Below, in pieces: positions 9,635-20,960 of a stretch of DNA of 64,000 bases. The stretch is from NCBI GenBank assembly GCA_964420125.1, contig CAYQQQ010000019.1:1-64000 (forward strand), read 5' to 3'. Made by a program: the position numbers and the translations under genes. This DNA comes from an uncultured Microthrixaceae bacterium (lineage in GTDB: Bacteria; Actinomycetota; Acidimicrobiia; Acidimicrobiales; Microtrichaceae). Numbering within the stretch: position 1 is the stretch's first letter; every line of letters begins with the position of its first letter. The notes under the pieces are model-generated. The model was not told the origin of the DNA. It worked only from the letters and a program-made list of their open reading frames with translations, and ran no database searches.

Positions 9635-11149
9635 TCACCCAGAGGTCGTCGGGATGCCGAGGAGCTCGAGCGCGGCGGCCAGGGTGGCGCCGCGCTCGCC
9701 GGAGGTGTCGAGCGTGAGCGCCTCGGTCCACGGCTCGGCCCGGGCCGCCAGCGCGCGGGCGATCCCGGGGGTGGCGTCGGATGCGCCGGCGGCTGCGGCA
9801 CCCTCGGGTGCGCCGAGGCGTCGAGCGACCCGCTCCGACGCCACTGCGGGGTCCAGCTCGCAGCGCAGCTCGTGCAGCTCCGAGTGGGTGGCGACGGCCA
9901 CCTGGCGGGCCCAGGTGCGGTGCTCGCTGGTGGTCCAGCTGGCGTCGAGCACCACCGATTCGCCGAGGTGCAGCAGGTGCTCGGCCCGGCGCATCAGCTC
10001 GCGGTAGGTGCGCTCCGTCACCTCCGGGGCGTACAGGCCGTGGTCGAGGGAGGCGCCTCGATGATCGGAGCGCGCCACGCCCTCGAGGTCCTTGCGCAGC
10101 TCGTCGGAGGAGAGCGTCGTCGCCCCCAGGGCATCGGCGACGGCGGCGGCCACGGTGGTCTTGCCCGTGCCGGGAGCGCCGCCCACCAGCACGAGGCGCA
10201 CGGTGGCGGCCCGCAGGTGGTCGAGGCACTGGTGGAGTCGGAGGCGGGCCTCGGCTGCAGCCTCGCGGCACTGGTCGTCGTCAACCTGGAGGGAACGCAG
10301 GCCCCGGACCTTGGCCCGAACGAGGGCCCGCTGTGCGACGTAGAAGTGCAGGAGGGAGCGGGGGTGGTGCTCGGCGGTGAGCTCGTCGTAGGTGCGCACG
10401 AGCTCGTCGGCGGCGCCGGACCCGCCGGGGAGCGCCTCCAGGTCCATGGCGAGGAAGGCGAGGTCGGCCAGCACGTCGCCACGTCGCAGGTCGTCGTCGA
10501 AGGCGAGGCAGTCGAGGATGCGGGGCCCGTCCGGGAGGCAGAAGATGTCATCGGCCAGCAGGTCGCCGTGGCCGTCCACCACGTGGCCCTGCGCGATGCG
10601 GGCCTCGAACAGAGGGTCCCGGGCGTCCAGGTAGTCGAGCGCGCGCTGTCGGACCTCGGCGAGCAGACCCGGATCGTGCACCGGCCGCCCGTCGCGGACC
10701 TGTGCGGTCATCTGGTCGAGGTTCTCCGCCGTCCAGAGCTGTCGCAGCCATCCCACCCGGGCGACCCGGGCGGCGCCGGGGTCGGCGGGGAGCGACGCGT
10801 GGAAGCGGGCGAGCACCCGGGCCACCTCACGCACGCGGTCGACGAGCTCGTCGGAGCCGGCCAGCGCGCTGAGCCGCCGCGACGAGGGAAGTCGCCGCAT
10901 GACGATCATGTGGTCGACGACCTCCCCCCGCTCGAGGATGGGGCTCACGCCGAGGTAGACGTCGGGGCTGAGCCGGCAGTTGAGGGCCACCTCCCGGTGG
11001 CAGGCGCGAGCGCGCAGCTCCATCGAGGAGTAGTCGAGGAACTCGGTGCGGATGGGCTTGAGGATCTTGAAGGCCCGATCCGAGGTGAAGAACACCCAGG
11101 AGATGTGGGTCTCCGCCACCGCTGCGGCCGGGGGAGGCGTCGATGCCAT
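9635..11149 (-). CDS. Bifunctional phosphotransferase (APH-like kinase fold) / P-loop ATP-binding protein
   Basis: N-terminal APH-like region with HGDLLADDIF catalytic motif; C-terminal Walker A GGAPGTGKTT. Confidence 0.75.
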   Translation of the reverse strand: MASTPPPAAAVAETHISWVFFTSDRAFKILKPIRTEFLDYSSMELRARACHREVALNCRLSPDVYLGVSPILERGEVVDHMIVMRRLPSSRRLSALAGSDELVDRVREVARVLARFHASLPADPGAARVARVGWLRQLWTAENLDQMTAQVRDGRPVHDPGLLAEVRQRALDYLDARDPLFEARIAQGHVVDGHGDLLADDIFCLPDGPRILDCLAFDDDLRRGDVLADLAFLAMDLEALPGGSGAADELVRTYDELTAEHHPRSLLHFYVAQRALVRAKVRGLRSLQVDDDQCREAAAEARLRLHQCLDHLRAATVRLVLVGGAPGTGKTTVAAAVADALGATTLSSDELRKDLEGVARSDHRGASLDHGLYAPEVTERTYRELMRRAEHLLHLGESVVLDASWTTSEHRTWARQVAVATHSELHELRCELDPAVASERVARRLGAPEGAAAAGASDATPGIARALAARAEPWTEALTLDTSGERGATLAAALELLGIPTTSG

Positions 11150-11158
11150 GATCGGACC

Positions 11159-12409
11159 TTACGGCTGGGCAGGGGCGCCCGGATCGGCGCCCACGGCTTC
11201 GCCTGGAGCGGGTTCCGAGCCGGGCGGGGCCTGCTCGCCGGTGGTCGTCACCGCGCCGAGGAGCCCGAACCCGCTGAGGGGGAACACCAGCACCGAGAGC
11301 ATGCCGGCCGCCAGCAGCGCCGTGGCGTTGTCCGGATGCATCCGATCGGTGGTGAGGCCGATCTCGGTGATCACCACGATGAGGGGCAGGGCGGTGGCCT
11401 GGAGGAACACCAGGGCCCCGCGGTGGCGGAGGTCGAGCACGCCTCGGTAGGCGAGGAGCGCCGGAAGCCCGCGCACGACCAGCAGCAGCGCCAGGAAGCC
11501 CAGAGCGCGCAGGATGAGCGTCGGCTGCTCCACCAGCGCCGCTGCGTCGAACTTCATCCCGCTGACGATGAAGAACACGGGGATCAGGAACCCGAAGCCG
11601 ATCGACTCCAGGCGGGGCATCAGCGCGGCGTCCTCCGTGTGGCGCAGCGCCAGGCGGGCGATCAGGCCGGCGCTGAACGCGCCGAGGAGGGTGTCGAGGC
11701 CCAGGTCGGCGGCGAGCACCACCATGAGGGTCACCATGAGCAGCACGACCCGCACCGGGAGCTGGGCGGAGGTGGTGAGGTGCCGCTGCATCATGGCGAT
11801 CCACCGGGGCGGGTGGGGTCGGCCCGCCACCCAGGCCAGGGCGAGGGCGACGAGCACGAACGCGACCATGAGGAGGGCCTCGTGCAGCGGGCTCTCGGAG
11901 CTCAGCAGGAGAGTCACCGCCAGGATCGGTGCGAACTCGCCGACGGAGCCCGCCGCGGTCAGCAGGGAGCCGAAGGACGTGTGCAGCAGGCCCCGGTCGC
12001 GCAGCATCGGCATCAGCGTGCCCAGGGCGGTGGAGGTGAGGCACAGGCCGACGAGCAGCCCGGAGACGACGGCGCCTTCGACCATGAGCACGCCGCCGAC
12101 CGCCAGCGCCAGCGCCAGGGTGATCGCCCAGGAGATGCCGGCCCGGCGCAGCGGGGTGCCGCGGATCTCGGTGAAGTCGATCTCGTAGCCCGCGAGGAAG
12201 AACAGGAAGGACAGCCCCAGCACCGAGAGGTAGGCGATGAAGTCGCCGACCTCCGCGAGGTCCAGGACGTGGGGGCCGATGAGGATGCCGAGGAGGAGCT
12301 CGAAGAGCACGCTGGGCACCCGCCAACGGCGGAAGAGCTCGGCGACGATGGGGGCGGCCACCGCGGCAGCGGAGATGACCAGCAGGGATCGTGCGGTGTC
12401 GCTGTCCAC
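11159..12409 (-). CDS. Cation:proton antiporter (CPA1/CPA2 Na+/H+ exchanger family)
   Basis: About 12 TM helices, typical N-terminal helix LLVISAAAVAAPIVAELF; start placed at GTG 12409 because upstream ORF part is Arg/Ser/Pro-rich low complexity. Confidence 0.75.
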   Translation of the reverse strand: MDSDTARSLLVISAAAVAAPIVAELFRRWRVPSVLFELLLGILIGPHVLDLAEVGDFIAYLSVLGLSFLFFLAGYEIDFTEIRGTPLRRAGISWAITLALALAVGGVLMVEGAVVSGLLVGLCLTSTALGTLMPMLRDRGLLHTSFGSLLTAAGSVGEFAPILAVTLLLSSESPLHEALLMVAFVLVALALAWVAGRPHPPRWIAMMQRHLTTSAQLPVRVVLLMVTLMVVLAADLGLDTLLGAFSAGLIARLALRHTEDAALMPRLESIGFGFLIPVFFIVSGMKFDAAALVEQPTLILRALGFLALLLVVRGLPALLAYRGVLDLRHRGALVFLQATALPLIVVITEIGLTTDRMHPDNATALLAAGMLSVLVFPLSGFGLLGAVTTTGEQAPPGSEPAPGEAVGADPGAPAQP

Positions 12410-12441
12410 CGTCGACAGCCTACGGGGGTCATGATGGGTAC

Positions 12442-13845
<1,404 letters not shown>

Positions 13846-13930
13846 GCCGTCGGGGGAACTGCGGCGGGGGAGGGCGTGTCGCCCACGGGCGACCTGTAGC
13901 CTGCGCTCGACGACCAGGAGGCTGACCAGG

Positions 13931-14386
13931 ATGAAGGTGCTGATCGGAACCGACGGATCCGACGACGCGGTGGCGGCTGCCGCGGAGGGGGTCCGGTTGC
14001 TCGCGCCGCCCGAGAGGATCGTCGTGGCGTGCGTCGTGGAACCTCCCGGCGAGGTCACCGCAGGGGCCGAGTCGGGGTTCGCCGGAGGGATGGCCAGCCC
14101 CGGCGAGGTGGATCGGGCCTGGAACGAGGCCCGCAAGGAGGCCGAGGCAGCCCTCGCCCACACGACGGCGGTGCTCCCGCAGGGCGCTCCCGTGGAGACC
14201 GCGACCCCGCTGGGCAGCCCCGGTCCTGCCCTGGTCGACTTCGCCGAGGAGATCGGTGCCGACGTCATCGTCGTGGGCTCGCGGGGCCAGGGCGCGCTGA
14301 AGCGCCTGCTGCTGGGGTCGGTGAGCAGCCACGTCCTGCACAACGCGCCCTGTGCGGTGGTGGTGGTGCGCCCCCACGACAGCTGA
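13931..14386 (+). CDS. Universal stress protein (UspA family)
   Basis: AGGAGG-like RBS before ATG 13931; [13 protein letters not shown] ... [36 protein letters not shown]. Confidence 0.8.
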   Translation: MKVLIGTDGSDDAVAAAAEGVRLLAPPERIVVACVVEPPGEVTAGAESGFAGGMASPGEVDRAWNEARKEAEAALAHTTAVLPQGAPVETATPLGSPGPALVDFAEEIGADVIVVGSRGQGALKRLLLGSVSSHVLHNAPCAVVVVRPHDS

Positions 14387-14398
14387 GCTCGACCGGCG

Positions 14399-15352
14399 AT
14401 GGGCACCAGGTTCGAGGAGACGGCGGAGCAGCTCCTGGCAGGGGGACCGCAGCTGGGTCGCACCGATGCGGTGGTCGTCAGCCGCCGGGGCGAGGTGGTG
14501 CTGGAGCTCTACGGCGAGGGCGTCGACCTCGACACGCCGCTGCGGAGCTGGTCGATGGCCAAGAGCATGTTGCACGCTGCGGTGGGCATCCTGGTGGGTC
14601 GCGGCCAGCTCGAGCCCTGGGCACCGGCGGCGGTCCCGGAGTGGCAGGCACCGGGTGATCCCCGAGCGGAGATCACCTTGGCGCAGCTGCTGGAGATGCG
14701 GCCGGGTCTCCGCTGGGCGGAGGACTACGTGGACGGCCACAACTCCGACGTGATCGAGATGCTCTTCGGCCGCGAGTGGACCCCGGTCGCCGACACCGGC
14801 GGGTTCGCGGCGTCGATGGAGCTGGTGGCGGTGCCGGGCAGCACGTTCAACTACTCCAGCGGCACCACCAACATCATCTCGCGCCTCGTGCGTGATGTCG
14901 TCGGCGCCGACGACGACTACCGCCGATGGCTGCGGGAGCACCTCTTCGATCCGGTGGGCATGACGTCGGTCGATCCCGTCTTCGACGAGGCCGGCACCTG
15001 GATCGCGTCCTCGTACGCCAACTGCACCGCCCGCGACTTCGAGCGGTTCGGCCGGTTGTACCTCGACGGTGGCCGTGCGGGTGGCGTGCAGGTGGTGCCG
15101 TCGGAGTGGGTGCGCACGGCGACGGAGGCGGTGTCGAGCGACGAGGACGGCAAGCGCTACTCCTGGCACTGGTGGGTGCTCGACACCACGCCGTGGGAGG
15201 TGTTCCACTGCGCGGGCTACCAGGGGCAGTACATCCTCGTCGTCCCCGCCCTGGATGCGGTGGTGGTGCGCACCGGGGAGACCGACGCAGGGCTGCGTCC
15301 CCACCTGGTCGGCGTGCTCGGGGAGCTGATCGGCGCCCTGGCGGACGACTGA
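14399..15352 (+). CDS. Serine hydrolase, beta-lactamase-related family
   Basis: S-x-x-K motif SWSMAKS, YSSG-like second motif; class C beta-lactamase/esterase-like fold. Confidence 0.8.
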   Translation: MGTRFEETAEQLLAGGPQLGRTDAVVVSRRGEVVLELYGEGVDLDTPLRSWSMAKSMLHAAVGILVGRGQLEPWAPAAVPEWQAPGDPRAEITLAQLLEMRPGLRWAEDYVDGHNSDVIEMLFGREWTPVADTGGFAASMELVAVPGSTFNYSSGTTNIISRLVRDVVGADDDYRRWLREHLFDPVGMTSVDPVFDEAGTWIASSYANCTARDFERFGRLYLDGGRAGGVQVVPSEWVRTATEAVSSDEDGKRYSWHWWVLDTTPWEVFHCAGYQGQYILVVPALDAVVVRTGETDAGLRPHLVGVLGELIGALADD

Positions 15353-15368
15353 GGGCGCCCGGGCCCTC
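15351..15368. terminator. Candidate bidirectional terminator hairpin between convergent genes
   Basis: GAGGGC-gcccgg-GCCCTC perfect 6-bp stem lying exactly between stop codons at 15350-15352 and 15372-15374; no U-tract (common in high-GC actinobacteria). Confidence 0.3.
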
Positions 15369-15371
15369 GTC

Positions 15372-17642
15372 TCAGCGGCTCGGCTCGTCCGCCGGAGGCT
15401 CCGCGGACCCCGGCAGCCCGACCGGCGTGACCTCGACCGGCACCGCGGTGAGCACGGCGTTGCCCGAGAGGGGATCCAAGGTGCCCGCGTCGGTGAGGAC
15501 GTTCACGTTCACCCCGGGATGCTGGGAGGCGACCTTCATGCGGGTCCCGGAGGCGTCGTGTCCCCAGCCGTGGGGCAGGCTCACCACCCCCGCGGCCATG
15601 GAGTCGGAGATCTCCACGGGAGCCACCACCTGGCCGACCCGAGAGCGCACCTCAGCTGTCGAGCCGTCGGTGAGCCCGAGCCGCTCGGCGTCCTCGGGGT
15701 GGACCTGGAGCGTGCAGCGCAGCCGGCCCTTCACCAGCACCTCCACGTTGTGCATCCAGGAGTTGTTGGAGCGCAGGTCGCGGCGACCCACCAGGACCAG
15801 CCGAGGCCGCTCGCGAGCGGCGGCCCCCAGGAGCCGGTCCAGGTCGGCGAGGATCGGTTCGGGCGCGAGCTCCACGGCACCGCTCGGGGTGGAGAGGATG
15901 TCGGGCAGCTGCGGCACCAGGGGTCCCAGATCGATGCCGTGGGGGTGCCGGGCGAGGTGCTCGAGGGTGAGGCCGTCGGGCACGGCTCCGAAGCGGTCCC
16001 CGTGCTGGCCGCTCCTCAGCAGGACCTCGAGGGCTCGGTCCGCCGGGTGGGTGGCCCACAGGTGCGCACGCAGGTCGGCGGGGTCGCGCCCCTCCATCTC
16101 CGGGCCGCCCTTGCCGACGGCGTCCCTGAGCAGCGTGTCGAGCACGAGGTCGTAGACGACCGTCGGATCGGCGTCGGCCCCCATCCCCATGGCGATGAGC
16201 GCCAGCCTGGCGAGGATCTCCGTCTCCTCAGGCCCCTGAGGGTCGTACAACGGCGGCGACCAGTTGGCGACGTTGCGGACCGAGAGGGCGTAGAAGGCCA
16301 GGTCGTAGTGGCTTCTGGCCAAGGGTCCGGGAGGGGGCAGGATCACGTGGGCGTGGCGGGTGGTCTCGTTGAGGGCGGGGTCCACGCTGACCATCAGGTC
16401 CAGCGATCCCAGGGCACGCTCGAGCTGCTCGCTCTGGGGCGTGGACCTCGCCGGGTTGCCGCCGACGGTGAACAGCGCCCGCAGCTGTCCGGGTCCGGGT
16501 GCGAGGATCTCCTCGGCCAGGCAGGCGACGGGGAGCTCGCCGTTGGCCTCCGGCCGGGCGCTGACCCTGCTCGCCCACCGACCGGTGAGGTAGCCCCGAC
16601 CTCCCGGGCGGGAACGGGCCTTGAGGTGCGCCGGAGAGGGCCACATCGCCCCGCCCGGGCGGTCGAGGTTGCCCGTCAACACGTTCAGCAGGTCGACGGC
16701 CCAGGCGGCGAGGGTGCCGAACTCGGTGGTGTGGGTGCCGATCCGGCCGTAGACGGCGGCGCTCGGCGCGGCGGCGAGCTCCTGGGCGAGCCGCCGGATG
16801 GTGTCGGGGTCGATCCCGGTGGCGGGGGCGACCACCTCGGGGGTGAAGGGGCGCACAGCACCCAGGGCGGCGTCGAGGCCGCGCAGGTGCACCTCGATGG
16901 ATCCGGGGTCGACGAGGTGCTCGGCGTCGAGGACCTGGGCCATCGCGACCAGCAGGAGGGCGTCGGTGCCGGGACGGATGGCGTGGTGCTCGTCGGCGTG
17001 CGTCGCGGTGGCGGTGCGTCGGGGGTCGATGACCACGACCTTGCCGCCTCGGGCGCGGATGGCGGCGAGGCGCCCGGGGAAGTCGGGGGCGGTGCAGAGG
17101 CTCCCGTTCGACTCGTGCGGGTTGGCGCCGAGCAGGACGAGGTGCTGGGTCCGGTCGAGGTCCGGCACGGGGATGGTGAGCTGGTTGCCGAACATCAGGC
17201 CGCTGGCGACGTGCTTGGGCATCTGGTCGACGGTGGAGGCCGAGAAGACGTTGCGGGTGCCGAGTGCCTTGATCAGGGGCCGGCCGAGCAGCACGTTGTG
17301 GTGGCCGTGGGCGTTCGGGTTGCCGAGGTAGATGCCGAGGGCGTCGCGTCCGTGGGCCTCGGCGATCGGCAGCAGCCGCTCGGCGATCGTGGCGAAGGCC
17401 TCGGGCCAGTCGACCTCGTCGAAGGTCGTCCCCCGGCGAACGAGGGGGAGGCGCAGGCGGTCCGGGTCGTCGTGCACCCGGTGCAGCACTGCGCCCTTGG
17501 GGCAGAGGAAGCCGTGGGACAGCACGTCGTCCCGGTCGCCGCGGATGATCCGGACGCTGCGGTCGTCGTCGAGGTGCACTGCGAGGCCGCAGGTGGCCTC
17601 GCAGAGCGGACAGGTGCGGTGGTGAACGGACGGATCGGCCAC
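15372..17642 (-). CDS. Molybdopterin-dependent oxidoreductase (formate dehydrogenase-like, MopB superfamily)
   Basis: N-terminal 4Fe-4S motif CPLCEATCGL...C, molybdopterin oxidoreductase domains, 756 aa. Confidence 0.85.
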   Translation of the reverse strand: MADPSVHHRTCPLCEATCGLAVHLDDDRSVRIIRGDRDDVLSHGFLCPKGAVLHRVHDDPDRLRLPLVRRGTTFDEVDWPEAFATIAERLLPIAEAHGRDALGIYLGNPNAHGHHNVLLGRPLIKALGTRNVFSASTVDQMPKHVASGLMFGNQLTIPVPDLDRTQHLVLLGANPHESNGSLCTAPDFPGRLAAIRARGGKVVVIDPRRTATATHADEHHAIRPGTDALLLVAMAQVLDAEHLVDPGSIEVHLRGLDAALGAVRPFTPEVVAPATGIDPDTIRRLAQELAAAPSAAVYGRIGTHTTEFGTLAAWAVDLLNVLTGNLDRPGGAMWPSPAHLKARSRPGGRGYLTGRWASRVSARPEANGELPVACLAEEILAPGPGQLRALFTVGGNPARSTPQSEQLERALGSLDLMVSVDPALNETTRHAHVILPPPGPLARSHYDLAFYALSVRNVANWSPPLYDPQGPEETEILARLALIAMGMGADADPTVVYDLVLDTLLRDAVGKGGPEMEGRDPADLRAHLWATHPADRALEVLLRSGQHGDRFGAVPDGLTLEHLARHPHGIDLGPLVPQLPDILSTPSGAVELAPEPILADLDRLLGAAARERPRLVLVGRRDLRSNNSWMHNVEVLVKGRLRCTLQVHPEDAERLGLTDGSTAEVRSRVGQVVAPVEISDSMAAGVVSLPHGWGHDASGTRMKVASQHPGVNVNVLTDAGTLDPLSGNAVLTAVPVEVTPVGLPGSAEPPADEPSR

Positions 17643-17663
17643 GGGGCCTCCGGCGGTCGTCGG

Positions 17664-17987
17664 TCAGCTGGCGGCGATGTTCTCGGCAGCCACGACCATC
17701 CGGGCGGTGCCGATGATGGGGGAGATGGCGGTGAGGACCCCGAGGAGCTCGTCGGCGGTCACCTCTGCGTCCATCAGCTCGGTGTTGACGGCCCAGGCGG
17801 TGGGCCCGGAACCCATGGCGGCCATGGCGGCGGCGCGGACGAGGAAGAAGGTCCGGGCGTCGAGCCCGCTGGCCTCGAAGATCCCCTCGTTGAGGTGGGC
17901 GGCGAGGCCGAGGGCTCCTCCGCGGGACTCCAGCAGGGCCCGCACGTCTTCCAGCTCGGTGCGTGCCGCATCGTCGGCGTCGTTCAT
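17664..17987 (-). CDS. Carboxymuconolactone decarboxylase (CMD/AhpD-like) family protein
   Basis: 107-aa tail of ORF 17664..18956 from ATG 17987; GLDARTFFLVRAAAMAAMGSGPTAWAVNTEL...TADELLGVLTAI matches CMD core; immediately upstream of the Mo-oxidoreductase on the same strand. Confidence 0.7.
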   Translation of the reverse strand: MNDADDAARTELEDVRALLESRGGALGLAAHLNEGIFEASGLDARTFFLVRAAAMAAMGSGPTAWAVNTELMDAEVTADELLGVLTAISPIIGTARMVVAAENIAAS

Positions 17988-18143
17988 GGGGGCTCCCGGT
18001 GTGTCGGCGGGCTGCTGCCGGTTCGTCCGGCGGTGGGAGCGTAGCAAGGCCTGACGCGGTCGATGGCTCGCACCCTGACGTGCCCGTTCGGGTGGTGGCG
18101 ACGATCCGGGGTCGGCCTGGGCTGCTGCGGCTACGGTCAGGCC

Positions 18144-19676
18144 ATGGCCCATGATCCCGTCGTCGCCGAGACCGTCCGCACCCGCGACAGCCTGGAGCCC
18201 CACTTCGTGCTGGAGGACCAGGAGGAGCGCGCCGAGGCGCGGCTCGAGGGGTACCTCTCCGCCGGTCGGCGGCCGAACTTCCTGGTGGTGCTCTTCGACG
18301 ACGTCGGCTGGGGTGACTTCGGCTGCTACGGCGGCGGTGTGGCGGTGGGCGCACCCACGCCGAACATCGACCGCCTCGCCCGCCAGGGGACCCTGCTCAC
18401 CTCCTGCTACTCCGAGCCCTCGTGCACGCCGTCGAGGGCGTCGTTGATGACGGGGCGACTGCCGATGCGCCACGGGCTGCTGCGACCGCCGATGTACGGA
18501 CAGCCAGGCGGCCTCGAGGGTGAGGTCACCCTGGCGCAGCTGCTGTCCGACGCCGGGTACGCCACCCAGGCGGTGGGCAAGTGGCACATGGGCGAGAACG
18601 TGCAGTCCCAGCCCCAGAACGTGGGCTTCGACGACTTCTACGGGTTCCTGTCGGTGAGCGACATGTACACGGAGTGGCGCGATCCCTACTTCTTCCCCGA
18701 GATCGCCTACAGCGAGGAGCGCACCGAGTGGGTGCAGAACCTGCCGTTCAACACGTGCTTCGTGCACGCGGAGAAGGGCGGTGAGACGGAGAACGTGGAA
18801 GAGGTGACGATCCCGGTGCTCTCCGAGCTGGACCAGCGATGGACGGACTACTCGCTGCAGTTCATCCGGAGGATGGCGGAGCCGCCTCCGCCGCAGCGGC
18901 GCCCGTGGTTCCTGTACCACTGCACGCGGGGCGCTCACTTCGACAACTACCCCCACGAGCAGTTCCTCGGCTCCTCACCGGCGAAGCACCCCTACAAGGA
19001 CACGATCGTGGAGCTCGACGACATCGTCGGCCGGCTGGTGGCCGAGCTGGAGGCCACTGGGCAGCTGGAGGACACGTTCATCATCGTCACCTCCGACAAC
19101 GGACCGGAGATGGAGACGTGGCCCGATTCGGCGTACTCCCCGTTCCGCAGCGCGAAGGGCTCCACCTGGGAAGGGGGCCAGCGCGTGCCGGCCGTGGTGA
19201 GCTGGCCGGGCATGATCCCCGAGGACCGCGTCAGCGACGGGATCGTCCACCAGATGGACCTGTTCAACACGCTGCTGCGCTGGGCCGGAGCCGGGGACCG
19301 CGTCCCGGAGGACCGCTACATCGACGGCGTGGACCAGACGTCGTTCCTGCTGGACCACGACGGCCACTCGAATCGGAAGTACCTCTACTACTGGCTGACG
19401 AACGTCTTCTCGGCGCTGCGGGTGGGGGAGTGGAAGTTCATGGTCGCCTCCACCACCGACGACGACCGCGACGTGATGAACATCGGCGGGTTCACCGGGG
19501 TCACGCAGAAGTACAGCCACGGCCGGCTGTACAACCTGTACCTCGATCCGAAGGAGTCGCGCAGCTACCTCATCCGCAAGCTCGCCTACGTGGACAGCTT
19601 CACGGGCGGCATCGCGCAGCACCTGATGAGCTTCGGGCGGTTCCCGCCGAAGCAGCCGATCGCCGCCATGCAGTGA
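18144..19676 (+). CDS. Sulfatase (type I, arylsulfatase family)
   Basis: CTPSRASLMTG formylglycine motif, DDVGWGDFGCYGG metal site, GKWHMG; start at ATG 18144. Confidence 0.85.
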   Translation: MAHDPVVAETVRTRDSLEPHFVLEDQEERAEARLEGYLSAGRRPNFLVVLFDDVGWGDFGCYGGGVAVGAPTPNIDRLARQGTLLTSCYSEPSCTPSRASLMTGRLPMRHGLLRPPMYGQPGGLEGEVTLAQLLSDAGYATQAVGKWHMGENVQSQPQNVGFDDFYGFLSVSDMYTEWRDPYFFPEIAYSEERTEWVQNLPFNTCFVHAEKGGETENVEEVTIPVLSELDQRWTDYSLQFIRRMAEPPPPQRRPWFLYHCTRGAHFDNYPHEQFLGSSPAKHPYKDTIVELDDIVGRLVAELEATGQLEDTFIIVTSDNGPEMETWPDSAYSPFRSAKGSTWEGGQRVPAVVSWPGMIPEDRVSDGIVHQMDLFNTLLRWAGAGDRVPEDRYIDGVDQTSFLLDHDGHSNRKYLYYWLTNVFSALRVGEWKFMVASTTDDDRDVMNIGGFTGVTQKYSHGRLYNLYLDPKESRSYLIRKLAYVDSFTGGIAQHLMSFGRFPPKQPIAAMQ

Positions 19677-19694
19677 TGCCTCAGCGGCCTGTCG

Positions 19695-19982
19695 TCACTC
19701 GACGACCTCGACGTCGAACTTGGCGGTGTCGCCCTCGACGCTGGTGATGGTCATCTTCACCTTGGCGGTCTCTCCGGCCACGGTGACGTCGCAGGTCATC
19801 GTCTTGTCGACCTCGGCGTCGATGTCGCCCGGGCAGGAGACCTCCTCGGGTGCTTCGCCGATCTCCTCCTCGAGCACGGCGGAGATCTGCGTCTCCGCCT
19901 CCTCCTGGCTCATCTTCGAGGCGCAACCGGCGAGCAGCAGCGCAGCGGCGCAGGTGGCGAGGGCGATGGGAACTCGTTTCAT
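19695..19982 (-). CDS. Small secreted lipoprotein
   Basis: MKRVPIALATCAAALLLAGCAS lipobox signal; 95 aa acidic protein. Confidence 0.6.
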   Translation of the reverse strand: MKRVPIALATCAAALLLAGCASKMSQEEAETQISAVLEEEIGEAPEEVSCPGDIDAEVDKTMTCDVTVAGETAKVKMTITSVEGDTAKFDVEVVE

Positions 19983-20050
19983 GGGGGACTCCGGTGTCGG
20001 GACGCTGGGGTCGTGTCACAGGTCGGTGCCACCCTACGGCCTCGGCGAGC

Positions 20051-20869
20051 TCAGTCGGCGCATCCGCCGTGGTCGTGGTCGTCGTCGCCGTGGGAGCCGT
20101 GGCCGTGGTCGTCGATCACCTGCGGACGACCGTGGTCGTCCACCACGTGTGAGCCGAACGCGGTTCGCAGGTTGGCGGCCACGAGCACCTCGGACGGTGA
20201 ACCGTGGGCGACGACCCGACCGGCGAGGAGCACAACCACGTCGCACTGACGCGCCTCGTCGAGGTCGTGGGTGGACAGCACGACGAGGCGGCCGTCGGCA
20301 CGCTCTCCGGCGACGACCTCCATGATGCGTCGCTGGGAGGGGAGGTCGAGTCCGGTGACAGGCTCGTCGAGCAGCAGCACGTGTGCCTGCGATGCCACGG
20401 CGGAGGCGATGAGCACCCTCTGGCGCTGTCCGCCGGAGAGCTCGCTGAAGGTGTGGTCGCGCAGCTCTGCCACCTGGAGGCGGGTGGCTGCGGCCTGCAC
20501 GGCGGCGCGGTCCTCGGAGCGGAACCGACCCAGCAGGCCGAGGTGTCCGTAGCGGGACATGTCCAGGACCTCGCCGGCGGTGAGGGGCATGAAGCGGTGC
20601 TGGTGCTGGTGCTGAGCGACGTAGGCGAAGCGGATCCCTTCGCCGTGGAGGACGGCACCCGAGGCTGGGGACAGCAATCCGGCGATCAGGCGCAGCAGCG
20701 TGGTCTTGCCCGAGCCGTTGGCACCCACGAGGGCGATCGAGGTGCCGCCGTGGAGGTCGAGCGTGGTGGCGGACAGGGCAGTCCGGGAGCCGAAGGCCGC
20801 CGAGGCGTCGCGCAGCTCGACGAAGGGCTCGGAGCGGAAGCGCTCAGGGTCGAGGGGACGTCCCACCAC
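20051..20869 (-). CDS. znuC: Metal (Zn/Mn) ABC transporter ATP-binding protein
   Basis: Walker A GANGSGKTT, LSGGQRQR signature, LLDEP, STHD; C-terminal His/Asp-rich tail (HGHGSHGDDDHDHG); start at GTG 20869 (alternative GTG 20866). Confidence 0.8.
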   Translation of the reverse strand: MVGRPLDPERFRSEPFVELRDASAAFGSRTALSATTLDLHGGTSIALVGANGSGKTTLLRLIAGLLSPASGAVLHGEGIRFAYVAQHQHQHRFMPLTAGEVLDMSRYGHLGLLGRFRSEDRAAVQAAATRLQVAELRDHTFSELSGGQRQRVLIASAVASQAHVLLLDEPVTGLDLPSQRRIMEVVAGERADGRLVVLSTHDLDEARQCDVVVLLAGRVVAHGSPSEVLVAANLRTAFGSHVVDDHGRPQVIDDHGHGSHGDDDHDHGGCAD

Positions 20870-20909
20870 GTGATGGTCCCACAGGTGTGAGCTCCGTCCC
20901 GGCTTGTTC

Positions 20910-20926
20910 TTGAGAATCACTCTCAA
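20910..20926. promoter_or_regulatory. 17-bp inverted repeat TTGAGA-ATCAC-TCTCAA in znuC/znuA divergent promoter (candidate Zur/metalloregulator operator)
   Basis: Only AT-rich patch in the region; 6-bp arms perfectly complementary; about 41 bp from znuC start and about 35 bp from znuA start. Confidence 0.4.
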
Positions 20927-20960
20927 TATCCTATGGTACGACCACGAGGACGAGGCGATC

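Noticed and set aside
15519-18044. 841-aa plus-strand ORF (also 16228..18354 minus, 708 aa)
   Set aside because: Both overlap the molybdopterin oxidoreductase, which has clear Fe-S and MopB motifs. The translations are low-complexity Gly/Arg/Pro-rich.
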